Shown: positions 11,122 through 26,079, counted from the stretch's first letter. The stretch: 64,000 nt of DNA from Octopus vulgaris (GCA_951406725.2 OX597815.1:175336001-175400000), one strand, 5' to 3'. Notes: generated from the sequence alone by a model not told the origin. Program-made: numbers and translations.

Positions 11122-11927
11122 TATGAGTGTGTGCATGCGTGCATGTGTGTGTGTGTGTGTGTGTGTGTGTCTGTGTGTGTGTTTAATACTGTAGTATGTT
11201 GTCTACCTTCCGGCTGCAACTTCGTTCCACCAAAAATGGCAACTGAGTGATCGAAAGTGTTGCTGCTTCGTTTTTATAGCTGCACTTATTTATCTTATTG
11301 ACAAATGTAATAAATGAAATTTGTGAGAAAATGTTCTTTTGTTCTCAGAGTTGTCGTTTTGGTTTCTCAAAGAGCTTCACAGAAAAAGCGGTGAATGAAA
11401 AGAGGCGGGTACAACAACTTGACTACTTAAGATTGTATCTTTGTAACCAATGTTTTTGTATATATATATGTATGTATATGTGTGCGAGTGTTTATATATG
11501 CACGTACCCATTAACGTAGGAATGCATAAACTCTTTTATATATTCTTCTGGCTTAGTTTTACAAATTTTGACAAAGAGATAAAGAGTAAGTTGTTTATTC
11601 GGTATTAAGAGTCTTTCATTGGAAGTTTGACATCAATTAGATAATCAGCCAGGTATGTTCAGTAGCCTTTCATATATGCAATGCAGTTGAGTTGGACCAA
11701 AGTTATCCTTCTGATTAGAAAACAAAATCTTTCTTACTAAACTTAAACTTAAACCCACCTCCTCCACCCAGCCTCCTTGTTGTGAGAATCATAAATAAAT
11801 TTCCTCAGCAGAATTGATTCTCACAGAATCCTCTTCGCTGCTACTCAACTGGTCCTCAGGCATTTGAGCTCTTCTTCTAATGTTCGATGCTGGACGTTCA
11901 TAAGCTGACCCCCTTCTCCTCCGTCGT

Positions 11928-12060
11928 CTTCTTCTTCTTCTTCTTCTTCTTCTTCTTCTTCTTCTTCTTCTTCTTCTTCTTCTTCTTCTTCTTCTTCTTC
12001 TTCTTCTTCTTCTTCTTCTTCTTCTTCTTCTTCTTCTTCTTCTTCTTCTCCTTCTTCTTC
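11928..12060. repeat. (TTC)n microsatellite
   Basis: About 130 bp near-perfect trinucleotide run. Confidence 0.97.
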
Positions 12061-12299
12061 TACCTACTTAATTGTAGATTTGCATTCCAAATGACCACCT
12101 ACTGCAAAACATGACCCACTAGCCAAAGCCGATGCAGTGCCACAATGTTTTGCAGAAAGTTTTCTTCAATTGTAATTCCCTCCCACCAGAGAGTTTTGGG
12201 GATTATCCGTAGACACCATTCGTGGAATATGTTCAGCTTTTGGTTTACCTTTGGTCACCATTACTGTTTGTGTTTCCATTACCTTTGCTTTTACGACTG

Positions 12300-13088
12300 A
12301 AGAGGGAGAAATTCTCAACATCTTCCACAATTTGCTGTTCAATGAAGATAAGTTGTGATATCAATCTGCATCAATTTGATCTTTCTCGAGCTAATTCTTT
12401 TCTTTGGAAGGCCATCCTCACTGTGTGTGGCTGAGCATTATCCTGATGGAAGAACACCTTTCGTTTTGAAACCAAATTCCCTATTCGGTCCAAAAAAGGT
12501 TCATTTGTGAGACGTGATAGCAAAGAAGAGCATACATTCACTCTCTACGCGAGATTAGACTCGGAAAGTTTGTGAGGGAACCCATTGACCCAATTTGCTG
12601 ACTTTTCCGATGGCACGCAGATGTCGATGAATGGTTGAATGATCAAATCCAAGCTTCTCCGCTAGTTCCTCGGCAGTTATGATGGGATTTTGTTCCCCCA
12701 GGTTTTGCAGGACATCCTCATCCTGCTCTACAGATCTTCCAGGATGAGGCTCGTCTTCTAGGTTGTAGTTTCCACCTCGAAATTTCTGGAACCACTGTTA
12801 CCACTGGCTTACGCTTATCGTCCGATCCCTATATACTGCATTAATATTCCTCAAACTTTCCATTGCGTCATCGCCTTTATTGAACTCATAAAGTAAAATA
12901 TGTCGAATATGCTCCTTTGTCACTTCCATTATAGATTGGGAAGTATAACTGTTAAAATAAGAATAAGTACAAGATAAAATCTCTACCTGTTTTTATAGCA
13001 AATAGATGCAGGTTGTTTATCCCGTCCCCTTCCGACTTTTAGTTCATGCAATTGGAAAAAACCGCATTATTTATGGCATGACCCAATA
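12300..13088 (-). mobile_element. Mariner DNA transposon, degenerate and internally deleted
   Basis: ATG at 12929: MEVTKEHIRHILLYEFNKG...WFQKFRGGNYNLEDEPHPGRS...ELAEKLGFDHSTIHRHLRAIGKVSKLGQWVP. TIR-like TATTGGGTCATGCCATAAATAATGCGG ends at 13088. Confidence 0.85.
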
Positions 13089-13256
13089 TGTATGTAATTG
13101 TTCAGTTTTATTTCTAGATTTCTTACCAATGGAGAAAGAGCCGGTTTCTAACCTAGATTCCAACCTATTGGAATTTCAATATCAACAGGGTACTTTTATT
13201 TGTATGTATGTATGTATGTATGTGTGTATGTATGTGTGTATGTATGTATGTATGTA

Positions 13257-13301
<45 letters not shown>

Positions 13302-14339
13302 TTATGTATGTGTGCAGAATTGTATGTTTTGCTTTATGTATGTATTCTCATGCATATAGTTGCACATCTAGACATGTTCATATATATATTGTATGTATGT
13401 ATTATGCATGTATGTGTGTACGTATGTATGTATGTGTGCGTACGTACGTACGTGCATATGTATGTGTGTGTGTATGTATGTGTATATGTATGTATGTATG
13501 TATGTGTGTCTGTATGTCTTCTCGTCGGCCCTGACTGTACTGACCACTGATCAGAAACATTTCAGTTGTGGTTAGTTCCTCTTTTTCCTATGACCATTGA
13601 TTATCCTCGGATCATCATTTGAGACTGGGAGATCTGAGGGAGAGTTGGTTGCTCTTTCTAACAGGTTGAACGACTATGTAGAGGCTCTTTCTTTCACGTG
13701 TATGTGTGTGTATGTTTGCATGAGTGAAAGAAAGGAGAGAGAGAGAGAATATGTACTGAGAGAAAGGATGATAAAGATAAAGAAATTCTAAGAGGAGTGA
13801 CTATTATGATACATATATATGTAACCAGTTAATTTACTGCTGTTCTACGAGTGACAGTTGCCTTATCCAATCATATTCACCAAAGGAATATATTTACACC
13901 TGTTTACTTACAAGGTGTTCACAGCTTGACAACACACAAAACATACTTTATTACTCTGTTATTTGTTTGTCACCTTTGTGCAGTGAGCTTTTGCTACTTT
14001 TATTAGTTTTTTTTTCTTTCTGTTTTTATATTCTTTGCATTGATTTATCTTATACGATTGTTTATGTAACCGTCGAAACTAAAACATTGATAGAGAACTT
14101 CACCATATCATAAATGCACATGTTAATATATAGCACAAGAGGCATAAAAAAATCTACCTTGAAGTTAACAAGTTGGTTGAATTCTATTCAGGCTTTAACG
14201 GGGTTCTCAAACTTTAAGGGAGCTTCTTTCATTTACAAATAGAGAAAAAAGTTTATCTCGATGCTCAAAATTAACAGAATTATAAGTATTTAACCATAAC
14301 CAACGTTTTCATTCAAGCTGTTGTGTATGTATGTATGTA

Positions 14340-15600
14340 TGTCATTATTTAGTTTATTTCAAGATTTCTTGCCAACCGGGAAAGAGCCGGTTTCTAACCT
14401 AGATCCAAGGCTCCTTCATTGGAATTTCAACATCAACAACGGTATTTTTGCATGTATGTATGTATGTATGTATGTATGTATGTATGTATGTATGTATGTA
14501 TGTATGTATGTATGTATGTATGTATGTATGTATGTATGTATGTATGTATGTATGTATGTATGTATGTATGCATGTATGTATGTATGCATGTATGTATGCA
14601 TGTATGTTTGTATGTATGTATGTGTGTAAGTATGTATGTATGTATGTATGTATGTATGTATGTATGTATGTATGTGCAGATTCACATGTTTTATGTATGT
14701 ATTCTCATGCATATAGTTGCATATCTAGATACGCTCATATATATTTAAATATATGGAAAGTTTTACAGAATTTTACAGTTCCAGTGATGGATTAAATCTG
14801 TAGTCTTCGAATTAGCTTTCTCCTTTTTCCTTTTGAGAAGCCTAATTTCTCAAGATTGGTATTCAGGCAGTGGGTTACATATCCTAGGGCCCCAATAATT
14901 ACAGGTATAAACCTGAACTTGTAATCTGGATAGAGTAACTGCAGATTTCTCAATAGTTAAGCATAGGTGTTCTCTTTTTCACTGATCTTCAGCTTTATGT
15001 TAACATCCGCTGGACAGCTAATTTCCACAACTGTGCACAGTTTCTCTTCTCTATCCCAAATCATTATATCAGGTCTGTTGTGCTTACATTTTATTGAGGG
15101 TTTCACTGGTACATTCTACCAGTATTCCTTTTTATTGTGAGTGGCGATGGCTTCTACCATATTGTGGGTCCTTATTTCTTTGTCCTCAAGATTATCCTTC
15201 TGACGGATTTCATTATAGAGTGTCCTAGCCACAACATCATGTCTCATTGTTAGATAATTCCATGATGACATTTTCGAACAACTACTTATGATGTGGGTGA
15301 TATCTTCAGTGTGAATTCCACTAAGTTTGGATCGGTTGTCACACATCAGGGCTTTACCTGCATCTCAATCCATTTTGTGCATCAGGTACTTGGTTGATAT
15401 TTCCTGCTCCTGGATAGAAAATACACCCTTCAAAGTGGGAGGTAGTAATCCGGCTATTGGTCCATGATAAACTGCTTTGATGATCGATGTTACTATCATC
15501 TTGGAGCTTTCTACTAACACATCCATGCAGTCTTCTGCTCATTCTTTCATCTGATGATACATTGCGGTAGAGTCGTGCAACTTCTTTCATATGACATTGT
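14340..15600 (-). mobile_element. RLE-type non-LTR retrotransposon, 3' fragment with (CATA)n-containing 3' UTR
   Basis: Zinc-knuckle and RLE remnants CDNR...HIISSC...RHDVVAR...KHNRPDIMIWDREEKLCTVVEISCPADVN. Homologous to 43920-44600. Confidence 0.8.
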
Positions 15601-16050
15601 AGATCTTTAGCTAGGCTGAAAAGTCACATTCGATCACAGCACCAATAACAGTTAAGCTTCGTGCAATGGTCATACTCGATAACGAGGGGACAGCCATCAT
15701 GTATGTATGTATATATGTATGTGTGTGTGTGTACGTGCAGATTTGTAAGTTTTGTTTTGTATGTATTTCTTCTCATGCATATACTTGCATATCACAAGAT
15801 TATGGTGAACCTGGGGCTTTTGGGTAAGACACTTTCCCAAGGTGCTAAGTAGAAGGACTGGTCCTAAGGCCATATGGTCTTGAGAATCTTGCTTCCCAAC
15901 CACATAGCCTTCCTGTGCTCTGTTTATGAAAATGTTATGTAAAATTTGATAACATTAAACAAATAGTTAATAATAATAAACTTTTGATATTCTAAAGTAA
16001 TTTAATGTGGCCGGTAAGGGACACACTTCTAAATATTATTTGATATTTAT

Positions 16051-16081
<31 letters not shown>

Positions 16082-18149
16082 TATAGAGAGAGGGGTGGGG
16101 AGATGGACCGAGAGAAAGACAGAGGTATGGTAGCATGAAACATGAATTGGAGGTAATACATAAGGTTATAGCCTGCAAAATGACCAAAACGTTTAGTCCC
16201 TTAGCTTCCATTGAACCAAAAGAAGGCAAGAGTTGTCACCATACTGCCAAGACGAGACTCATCCCCCACTATATAGCTCTTATTCTATTTATGATTTATT
16301 TAAATGCTGGGATTGTCATTGATCATTAAGCTGGTAAGCGTTTCTTCACGCCACTAGAATAATTTTAATTAATCAAAATATCTAAAGATACATCATTACG
16401 GATGTTAGCAATGACCTTATCATTTATGAAGATTAGTTTAACTTCCTCCTTTATACCTAATTGATTAACCAATCTTCTTTTGACGAAAAGAAAAACACTC
16501 TTCCATTCACACGCTGATAAAGAAAAATGTTATGCAACTGGTTGAAATAAATTTATTTATATCTCAAAATTGCTTGACAGAAACACCTTGTATATATGTA
16601 TTCCACAGAATTGACGAAGGCTGCAAGACATACAATTTGGCTGCCACAATAGGGAGAAAGATGCATATACCATCTCCAAGTCCTTTTCAAACCTCCCACA
16701 AAGAAGAGAGGCTTTCAGCAATCAGCTTTTGAAGCTGCGACTGGAATCATCCTGCATACTGGAATATTATCATTGAAAAATCTCTTCTTACTTCAAACTT
16801 GGATTGACACTTTCTTTAAGTTCTCTCCAATAATATAAGATGAACCCATTCTTCAGGAATGTGTGTACGGGGAGGGCGACAGCGAGTGTATAAAAATTAA
16901 AGAAATACAGGGGGAAAAATAAAACAAAAACAAAAAATAAAACGTACAATCACGCAACATATATGTAGTAATAGGTATTCAAACATTGGCTAATATTTAT
17001 ATATGCCTTTTATTTTTTTTTAAAACTTGTAAAAATCAAGTCGGAAAGGATAAAGCATTTTTTTGTTAAATTTTAGAAGAGATAAACCGGTTAGTGAAGT
17101 ATTGCTTATTGATGAACAAATCTTTGAAGTTGCAGGATTCGGGATTCTTCTTCATACAGTTCATACAATGTCACGTGAAAATGTTATTGAAATAACATGT
17201 TTCTTGTCTTCAGAAATATACTTTTATTGATAATTGATACCATTGGAGATAGTATTGATTTGAAATTTTGGCCCAAGGCCACTAATTTCGGGGAGGAGCA
17301 AGTCAATTACATCGACCTCGCCCCTAGTGCTCAACGGGTACTTATTTTGTCGACCCCAAAAGAATAAAAAGTAAAGTCAACGTCGACGGAGTTAGACCTC
17401 AAAATGTCAAGACGGACGAAATGCCGCTAAGCATTTTGCATGGCGTATAACATTTCCGCCACCTCGCTGCCTTGTCTTTGGAAATAATCTTTACTGTGTT
17501 TGCTGCTTAAATGTTCATTGTACTCTTTTATTAAAAATTTACAGGATTTTTATTCCAACAAATAGCAACAGAGAAAGGATATAATCTAATTTACAAAACT
17601 TATTCTGGTTAGTTCATTCTACATCACTTATTTAGCTGTATAAATAATTCTCTAGAAACTTATTAAGTTGGTCATGCAAAATGTTTTAATTGTGATTTTG
17701 TTTTTGTGGTATATTTATATATAATTCTGGAATATCAACACATGTAGCCATACCGTTTAAGGGACATCTTAAAGAATATCAACATTTTATTAGACTGATT
17801 TACTATCCAACCACTTCCAAAAGGTTTCCGGGAATTCTAGATATTTCTATGACGTCTGTCAGTATTTAATGTTACACAGGCTTTAGTTAAGGTTTTATTT
17901 TAAAACACGCACCTCCTGTGCTTCAGTCACCTTATTTTACGGATTTCTACTCGTGTGAAATAAAATAACTTTGTTTTATACACACACACACACACACAGA
18001 TTACTCCACTTACTGCAACCATATACTTAAGGAACCGCTTCCCACAAATATTTGACGACCCATAAATCCGCGTTAGACGGAATTTACTCTGTGGCTATTG
18101 AATGTACGCTCAAGTTAAAACTTGAAGACAAGAGTGAGTCACATAACCC

Positions 18150-19030
18150 TTTTGAGCCTTGGATAAATTTAAAAGACCATAAAATTAACTTTTGGGACAA
18201 GCCTTCTGTCCGGCTTAGTTGCATGCCCAGATCGAACACAGGACGCTGAAGTAGAACACTGCTGGATAGAATTGTCCCATACTTAATTCCGTGTATATCC
18301 TTCAAATCATGGTCCAAAATAGGCGAGGTCATACACTGGTTTTCTTTCATATGTAATAAAAGTAAATAATTATTTTTACAGTTTAATATTAATTCTTACT
18401 ACTCTAGTATAACTCCCATACTCTTAATCAAGGCATTAGTATTTGATAGAAAGTTGTCTTCTCTCTTTAAGGATAATATTGATATCGTTTCATTAGCCCA
18501 AAGAACTGTTGTTGAATTTGAAGGTAAATTGTGGATGAGACGCAATACCCCCGACATTTTCGATATAGCAATGAAATCTAGTGACTCGGTTCAAGCCACT
18601 GATCTAGCTGGTTTCTATCTATCTCTTATAATGCCCCTAAGATATTTTTCCTGATCTGCAGGCAGACTACATAGGGATGATACTCTGTTCATCATCTCTA
18701 CTAATAGCAAGGTAGTTTTAGAAAGGACTAGAAAAAAAAAAAAACTTAGAAACTTCTTAAAAAATTATAACCTGGACATAACCTTCATGAATAATACTAG
18801 GGCTGTTAATTTCCTTGACGCTACTCTAGACCTTAAATCCGGTCTATATTACCTCTATCGAAAACATTCTGAGATTACTACCTATGTAAACCGATTGCAT
18901 GCCCCTTGAGTACTTAACTCACAAATTGAAAGCATATTGACCAGAATTACGCAACTCTCTGCTGGCGTTGACGTGTTCAATGCGTAGCCTCGCCATTACA
19001 ACAACTCTGCTCTATCTAATGCGGGTTATA
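18150..19030 (+). mobile_element. Penelope-like element, reverse-transcriptase fragment (degenerate)
   Basis: LKDHKINFWDKPSVRL, FLQFNINSYYSSIT, FDIAMKSSD, LHRDD and VNFLDATLDL in PLE RT order. Confidence 0.75.
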
Positions 19031-19439
19031 CGCGAAGTATTGTGCTTTCACCTGAAGTCGATTAAGCTACCCACAGCACCAGATCTATGTTTCTTAATGA
19101 TAAATCTCATACTAAAGGTGCGCTGAGGCATAGTAACTGAAATAAATACAATCATGGGAAGCATTCTAAAAATATGATCTTAGGAAACCCATTTATGAGC
19201 TTACAAAGGATATAAAGCCTAAAACTACAGCGACAATAATAACAAGAACAACAACAACAACAATAATAATGATAATAATTAATTCTTTTTTATTGGCCAC
19301 AAGGGCTGACAAACATGATTGGAAAACATAAAGGGACTAAACAGGACGAAAGGTTACAAAAGGTTTTGTCCGTTTTTCGAAAGAAAAAAGTCTGTGTAAA
19401 CAAGCTTTACAACAACGAAAAAATTCAACAATTTACAAA

Positions 19440-19645
19440 ACTAACGTGGATGTGATACCAAAAGTAATTGGCGCGCTTGGAAGCATCAGCACTCAACTAC
19501 TAACATGGCTCAAAAAAGATTGGTACATCTGTAAAGATAGAACACCTACAAAAATCCTCATTGCTTGGAACTGTAAGAGTTCTCCATAGGGTTCTTGAAG
19601 CAAGATCAGTAAACAAGTGTCACCTTAGTCTGTTGGCTGTAGGCG
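19440..19645 (+). mobile_element. R4/Dong-like LINE, 3' end fragment
   Basis: VIGALG...IEHLQKSSLLGTVRVLHRVLE. Close homologue of 36770-36900. Confidence 0.7.
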
Positions 19646-20394
19646 CATATATGTATGCATGCATGTATGTCTGGATGTATGTCTGCATGTCTGGATGTAT
19701 GTGTGTATGTATGTGTGTATGTATGTATGTCTGCATGTATGTTTGCGTGTATGTATGTATGTGTGTATGTATGTATGTATGTATGTGTGTATGTATGTAC
19801 GTACTATGTATGTATTTACGTATGTATGTATGTATGTATGTATGTATGTATGTATGTATGTATGTCTGCATGTATGTATGTGTGTATGTATGTATGTGTG
19901 TATGTATGTACGTACGAATGTATGTATTTACGTATGTATGTATGTCTGCATGTATGTATGTAGGTATGCACGAACAATTGTATGTGTGCGTACGTATGTA
20001 TGAACGCATATGTATGTATATATGTAAAAACGTATGCATATGCGTATGTCTGTACGTGTATGTATGTATGTATTTGCTTTGGAGTTTAATTAAAGTCGTC
20101 ATTACTATAGAGACAAACGCTTGTATTTGAGCCAAGACAGCCTTTGACATTTGTGAATTGGTGCGTGCCCATGTGCGTGTGTGTGTGTGTGTGTGTAAAC
20201 TCGCGTTCATGTCACTTTGGTACACGAATGTATGTTTTAACACTGTGTCTATATCTGAGTAGACATAATTAGGTGCAAATGCTCAATCCAAGGAATTAAA
20301 GAATTCCGGGAATGCTTTATAAATTTAAACTCTACAACTCTGTATGTCTGTCTGTATGTGTGTGTGCGTCTATGTTTGTGTATGTATGTATGTA

Positions 20395-20427
<33 letters not shown>

Positions 20428-21292
20428 ATGTGTGTGTATGTATGTATGTATATGTATGTATGTGTATGTATGTATGCATGTATGTATGTGAGTGTGTGTG
20501 TGTTAGCCCGCTCATTCGTTCAAAAGAATCTCGCTTCACACTGTAAATATATGTAATACAATTGTAATACAATGGTGGGTGAGCTCGTCTATGTCTTCGC
20601 ATAGAATGGATATAAGTTGACAGGCAAAATTATGAAAAGGGTGTCAGTTTTTTCAACAAGTTATTTCTTTAGTGAAAAGCATAAATATAAAATTTGATAG
20701 AATAAAAAACATAAAACTCAGACGTGTTTCAAATAAATTAGAGAAATATGAATACACTTTTTTTTGATTTTCGTTCAAACTTTGTTAGGTGTGGAAATCA
20801 GTTGGTTTTTATCGACTGTTAATGTCTGCGATTGGGACTTGCATACTAATCGTGTGGAGGAGTGGATGGACATTTTAAAGAAGAACAAACACGAAAAAGA
20901 ATCTTTGTAACTTCCTAGGTTCAAAACAAAATTTAAAAAAACCCATACTTTATCGTTTTCAAAGAAAAGGCAGTCGCAACAGCCTAAAGCTAATAATAAC
21001 AGGAACTAATTACCATAATGTCTATGCAGAAGAGAGACAAATGTTAACCTCGATGTTGGAGACATGACCGTAACACCTGGGATCTTTTCATTTTGAAGGC
21101 CAGATTTTCCTAGTTAACTAAACAATTTGAAACTTCGTATACTGGTAGAATGTGTCGAAAGAAAACATTATTGTAACAAAACTGAAATTAAACTACGTTT
21201 AAGTTACGAATTACAATGGGATGTTTCCTTGCTTTGCAGACATACAATAAAGCTTTATTTGTGTAAAACAGAAATTCTTAACTATTTTATAT

Positions 21293-21353
<61 letters not shown>

Positions 21354-21383
21354 TATATACACATATATATATATATATATATG

Positions 21384-21449
<66 letters not shown>

Positions 21450-21625
21450 ATATATATATATGTGTGTGTATATATATTATATATTATATATATATACACA
21501 CATAAATATAGATATACATATATACAATAATTAAATAATAAGGGTAGAAATTGATACTAATCATTTAAAACCAGTGGCCTAGCATATTTTTTTAAAAATC
21601 CGAAGATGAAAAAAATTTTTTTAAC

Positions 21626-21712
21626 ATACAAAATTTAGAGGACTGACCACTATTTTGACGTCTATATCTAGCATATAGGCTGTCTACTTTTAGTGGTGAG
21701 TCCTCTAAATTT

Positions 21713-21717
<5 letters not shown>
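21626..21717. repeat. Inverted repeat (27-bp arms) abutting (TA)n
   Basis: atacaaaatttagaggactgaccacta / tagtggtgagtcctctaaattttgtat. Confidence 0.8.
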
Positions 21718-21784
<67 letters not shown>

Positions 21785-22349
21785 ATAGTTAAGAATTTCT
21801 GTTTTACTCAAATAAAGCTATTGTATATCTGATATATATATCAATGTTTTACCTTATAATTTTCTTTTTCTAATTTAAGTTGAGAGTACCTTTTATTGAT
21901 TTCTCTTATACAAGCATATATTCACAAAGCAGATCAAACTAAATTCATTGACAAAATTGATCCACCCCTAAATGCAACAACATGCTGGAGATATCGAGGT
22001 TTTTCTTTTTATAGTAATTTAATTAATATAGTCAAATAATTTCAGTTTGAAAATTTTAGTGTTTTCTTCATGTTTCTTTTTTGGTTTTATGTAATGAGAT
22101 GTTGAAAGGTTTGTGGGTCGGCAAGTATATTGCGATTGATTATTAGGCAGGTGTTCGATGTTGATTAAAGTTACCACATAAATGTGTTTACATACATATG
22201 TTACGTTAAGCAGATTACTATAAGGCACATGTACATTTATTTATTTATGCTATGTCGAAGAAACTTTTTGCAAGGATGTACGTGATAAAGGTTTACAATA
22301 TGCAAAGATAAAGAGAATCTAGTTAAACCAGTCAAGTTACATGTGCCCC

Positions 22350-22366
22350 ATTATTATTATTATTTA

Positions 22367-22435
<69 letters not shown>

Positions 22436-23430
22436 TTATTATTATTATTTATTATTCGTTATTATTATTTTGGGTTGGCTCAGGTTCGGTCTTATTCCTA
22501 GTAGGATTTATGTGGGTAACGGGTTACTACCTGTAACTGTAGGTATCCACACCTTTTCGGCAGTCTTTCAAGTGCGTAGAACCATCCTGATAATCCTTGC
22601 TGTCCTTAAGAGGCAAGCTTTCAGTTGGAGCTCTAATGGGCATTCTATTTCAATCTCCTTCAACCATTTGCTTACTCTTCCCAATACCCCAATTATTATA
22701 CGCACGCCATTTACTGTTCGCATTCTCCAAATTCTTCCCATTTCAAATTTTAAAGGATTGCATTTTCTTTCTCTTTCTTCCTCTTTCTTTACGATCCTGG
22801 AATCAAACAGGCGTGATGGGTCGATCAGTAAGCAACTTCGATTTTCCTTATCTATGATTGTAATATTTGTTCTGTTATTTTCTAACTTCTTGTCCGTTTG
22901 AAGGGGAAAGTCCCACAAAATCTTACGTTTTTCCGACTCCAATCCTCTTTCGACTCGATGTTTGTACCATGTGTATCCAGCTTTAAATCCCCATTTCTGG
23001 CACAGTTTCCAGCGTAAAACTTTTACAACCGAGTCGTGCCTCCATTTCTCATATTCTTCCTGCGCCAAGTTGGGGAATTCAACAACAATGTGTGCCACTG
23101 TCTCGTTCCAAGTTCCACAGGCTCTTCATTTTTCTGATACATTCTCTCCATATATATTTTTTCTTAAGTTGTTTGTTTTTCGCTTGATCTTGGGATGCTA
23201 CAAATTAGACTCTCTATTTCTTATTCTAATTGCCCCTTTTTTAACTAAGCCCAGGACTTTGTTCCACATACATCTTCAGTGGCTCTCCAAAAGTGGCCAT
23301 GCAATGGTTTCTCTTCGAACTGTCTAACGTGCTCTCTTTTTATTTCATTCTTGCTCTTTTCTCTTTTATTACTCACTTGTTCTTTCTTAACTACCGTTTG
23401 TAGTTTTTCTGTGCTGTTCTGTAAATACTC
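22350..23430 (-). mobile_element. R4/Dong-like LINE, 3' fragment with (TAA)n tail
   Basis: ORF 22568-23098 HIVxE.PNLAQEEY..RHD...ILWDFPLQTDKKLENNRTNI...LLID...IIIGVLG (RLE endonuclease). (ATT)n at about 22350-22470 lies at its 3' end. Confidence 0.82.
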
Positions 23431-25908
23431 TACAAGACTTTACTCTACAATAATCACCATCATTATTATTAATATTATAAATAAGAGAGACTAAAGCTAA
23501 CAAATAGACAGAATGACGGATGTATATACGTCGATATTAAAACACAAGGATAATTTACCTTTGACGAACTTGTACTTAAGAGTATATTCATATCAGGACA
23601 AGTAGAGTGAGAAGAGAACACATCTCGCGGTATACAGAGACAATTATCCGTCTGGAATCTGAGTAAGCTCTGCTGTAAGGTTCAAATCGTGACTTTTTAT
23701 AACCTTGGGCAAGACTTTCAAGACCCTCTCAAGAAATATAATTTAGTAGGGTGCTTACATAACTTTTCTTTAGTGTTTGGCGCGGTTATTTGATACTTGT
23801 CAGCCGACGGTGGTTGGTAATCATTTATGTAAGCACTCTGTTCTCTGAAGGAGGATGTGGCTCTTAGCTGAAAGTCTGAGCAAGTGGTTCGAATATAGAT
23901 GGAAAGCTGTTACAGAAAATCCACCAAAAGCAACAACTATGAATCACCTCCCAGAAAAGGTGAGATTCTTTGACTTCATAAGAATGCAATAACTTTGGAA
24001 TCACGCAAAAAGGAATTTTGCTCCACAACCGGGTGATTACTGGATCAGTTCCACTGCGAAGCATTTTGGGAAACTATGTGGAAGTTCATAGTAGTACGTA
24101 CGTACGTATGTATGTATGTATGTATGTATGTATGTATGTATGTATGTATGTATGTATGTATGTATGTATGTATGTATGTATGTATGTATGTATGTATGTT
24201 TTATGTATGTATGTATGCATGCATGTATATGTATGTGTGTGTGTGTATGTATGTGCGTATGTATGTGTTTGGGTGTATGTATATGCATGTATGTATGCAT
24301 GTATATGTATGTGTGTGTGTGTGCATGTATGTATGTATGCATGTATATGTATGTATGTATGTATGTGTATGTGTGTAAATGTATATATGTATGTATGCAT
24401 GTACATATGTATGTATGAGTGTATTTCTTTGGCATTTAATTTTTTTTCCTTTCCAGAAATTAAGCTGGTCACAAACGAACTGACAAAGCTCAAAGCTCTT
24501 TTGTTTAAATCAAGGTTGCATTTGGGTTTGTGGTATCTGAATTCGTGTCTACATATTTTCGTGAGAGTGTGTGTGTGTGTGTCTGTGTGTGTGTGCGTGC
24601 GTGTGTGTGGCTATGTGTGAGTATGGATAAACTTGCACTTATGTGTAATGGGTATGCATGTGACTTTAGTACACAGGTGTGTATGCGTGTTTTATTACAG
24701 TTTCTTTACAGGTATATGCTTAGACCTATGTATGTGTGCACATTCGCTGGACGACTGACTTCTACAAGAGTGCATGACTTTTGCTCCTTATCCCCTTGAA
24801 CAATATTTGGCTTTTAGTCTTTACACCGTGTTCCTGTTTTTATTTCAATGTCCCACCAACATTCTTTATTTCTAAAGGCGTCAATGCATTCAATGCATTC
24901 TAGTTCTCGTGTGCTAGAGCCAACAGGAAATCCTTCTTGCGTGTAATTTGTAGACGGTCTTAGCGACAATGTTCCTGCATAGCAAAGCCTGTGGTAGATA
25001 CATCTCACTTCTAGACGTGATGTGATATATCTGTCACAGGCCCAAGAGAAGCTACCATTCCTAGCAATGTTATTGGTTTGTTCTACCTGGCGGGTGGGTA
25101 GTTCTCATGCATAAGTTTCTCCTGGTATGATGAGTATTTCACCCCCAAGTCTCAATCTAGCCACCCTCGGTTTACACAGATCAGCTGTACACCCAGAATA
25201 CTATTCAAGAGTTCTTCGCCTAATCTCATGATATTACTTTCGCCGCTAAGTATACACGTGACGTGCTCGTTTCTCTCTTTATTGTTCAGTGGGTGTTGTA
25301 TAAGTGACACGATGCAGCACTCAAAGACCGCCCAAGCCAAACTTATGACTCCGCTCCCTGTTTAACATAGATCCTATTAGTGTCGCTGTTGATGTGGAAT
25401 TTACTATCTTCCAAATTCTAAGAACCAATACACTGATTCCTTCTACTGTGTAATTCAGAATACCAAATGTTGGTACTGGAATTGGAACTGCGAAAGAATT
25501 AAAGGATGAAGTGATTTGGTTGAATGCAGCACACAACTCTGATTTTCATATATTCCAAAGTCTGTTGAAGCTTTCTTTACTCCAGCTTTAAGACACCGTT
25601 GTAACATTTATCACTGGCGATGAAAAATAACAGGTCAAAGGTATCCATATTCCTTCCCTGACGATAATTTTATCTCGTTCGATTCCTTGTGCGTGTGTGC
25701 ATATTTATATATCCATCTTGATGCTTGTTTTACATTGATACCGATTGAAAAACAGTACTCTGTGTTCATGTGCCGAAACTTAGCAGTTCAACGAAAGGTA
25801 CGGTAAAATATGTATCACACTTTTAAAAAAGTCCTGGGGTCAATATGGTAACCTCTTCCCAACGTGGTGTCCGAGTCCAATGTCTGAGACAAATAAACGT
25901 GTATTATT

Positions 25909-26079
25909 GGCGATCTTTCGTTTGTAGTAGCACGTTTCCGTCGATGATTTCCGTAAAAAACTTCTTCTTAGTCTCTTTCGCTCTCATTACTTCAAATGTT
26001 CCCGCAAGGCCATATGTAAAAAATAAAAGTTTTTTTACGGAAATCGACGGAAACGTGCTACTACAAACGAAACATCGCC
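25909..26079. mobile_element. MITE, Merlin-like, short deleted copy
   Basis: TIRs GGCGATCTTTCGTTTGTAGTAGCACGTTTCCGTCGA / TCGACGGAAACGTGCTACTACAAACGAAACATCGCC. Related to 55069-55494. No TSD visible. Confidence 0.7.

Noticed and set aside
10208-11250. Many long overlapping ORFs of [12 protein letters not shown] or HTHT type (also 13000-14800, 19560-20600, 24018-24620, 42948-43499)
   Set aside because: They are translations of TA, TG and TATG microsatellites that lack stop codons, not genes.
16620-17180. Purine-rich, coding-looking minus-strand patches
   Set aside because: Stops in the frames examined and no identifiable family.
23843-23882. Weak hammerhead-like string CTGAAGG...GAAAGTCT
   Set aside because: Core mismatch and no convincing stem II or stem III.
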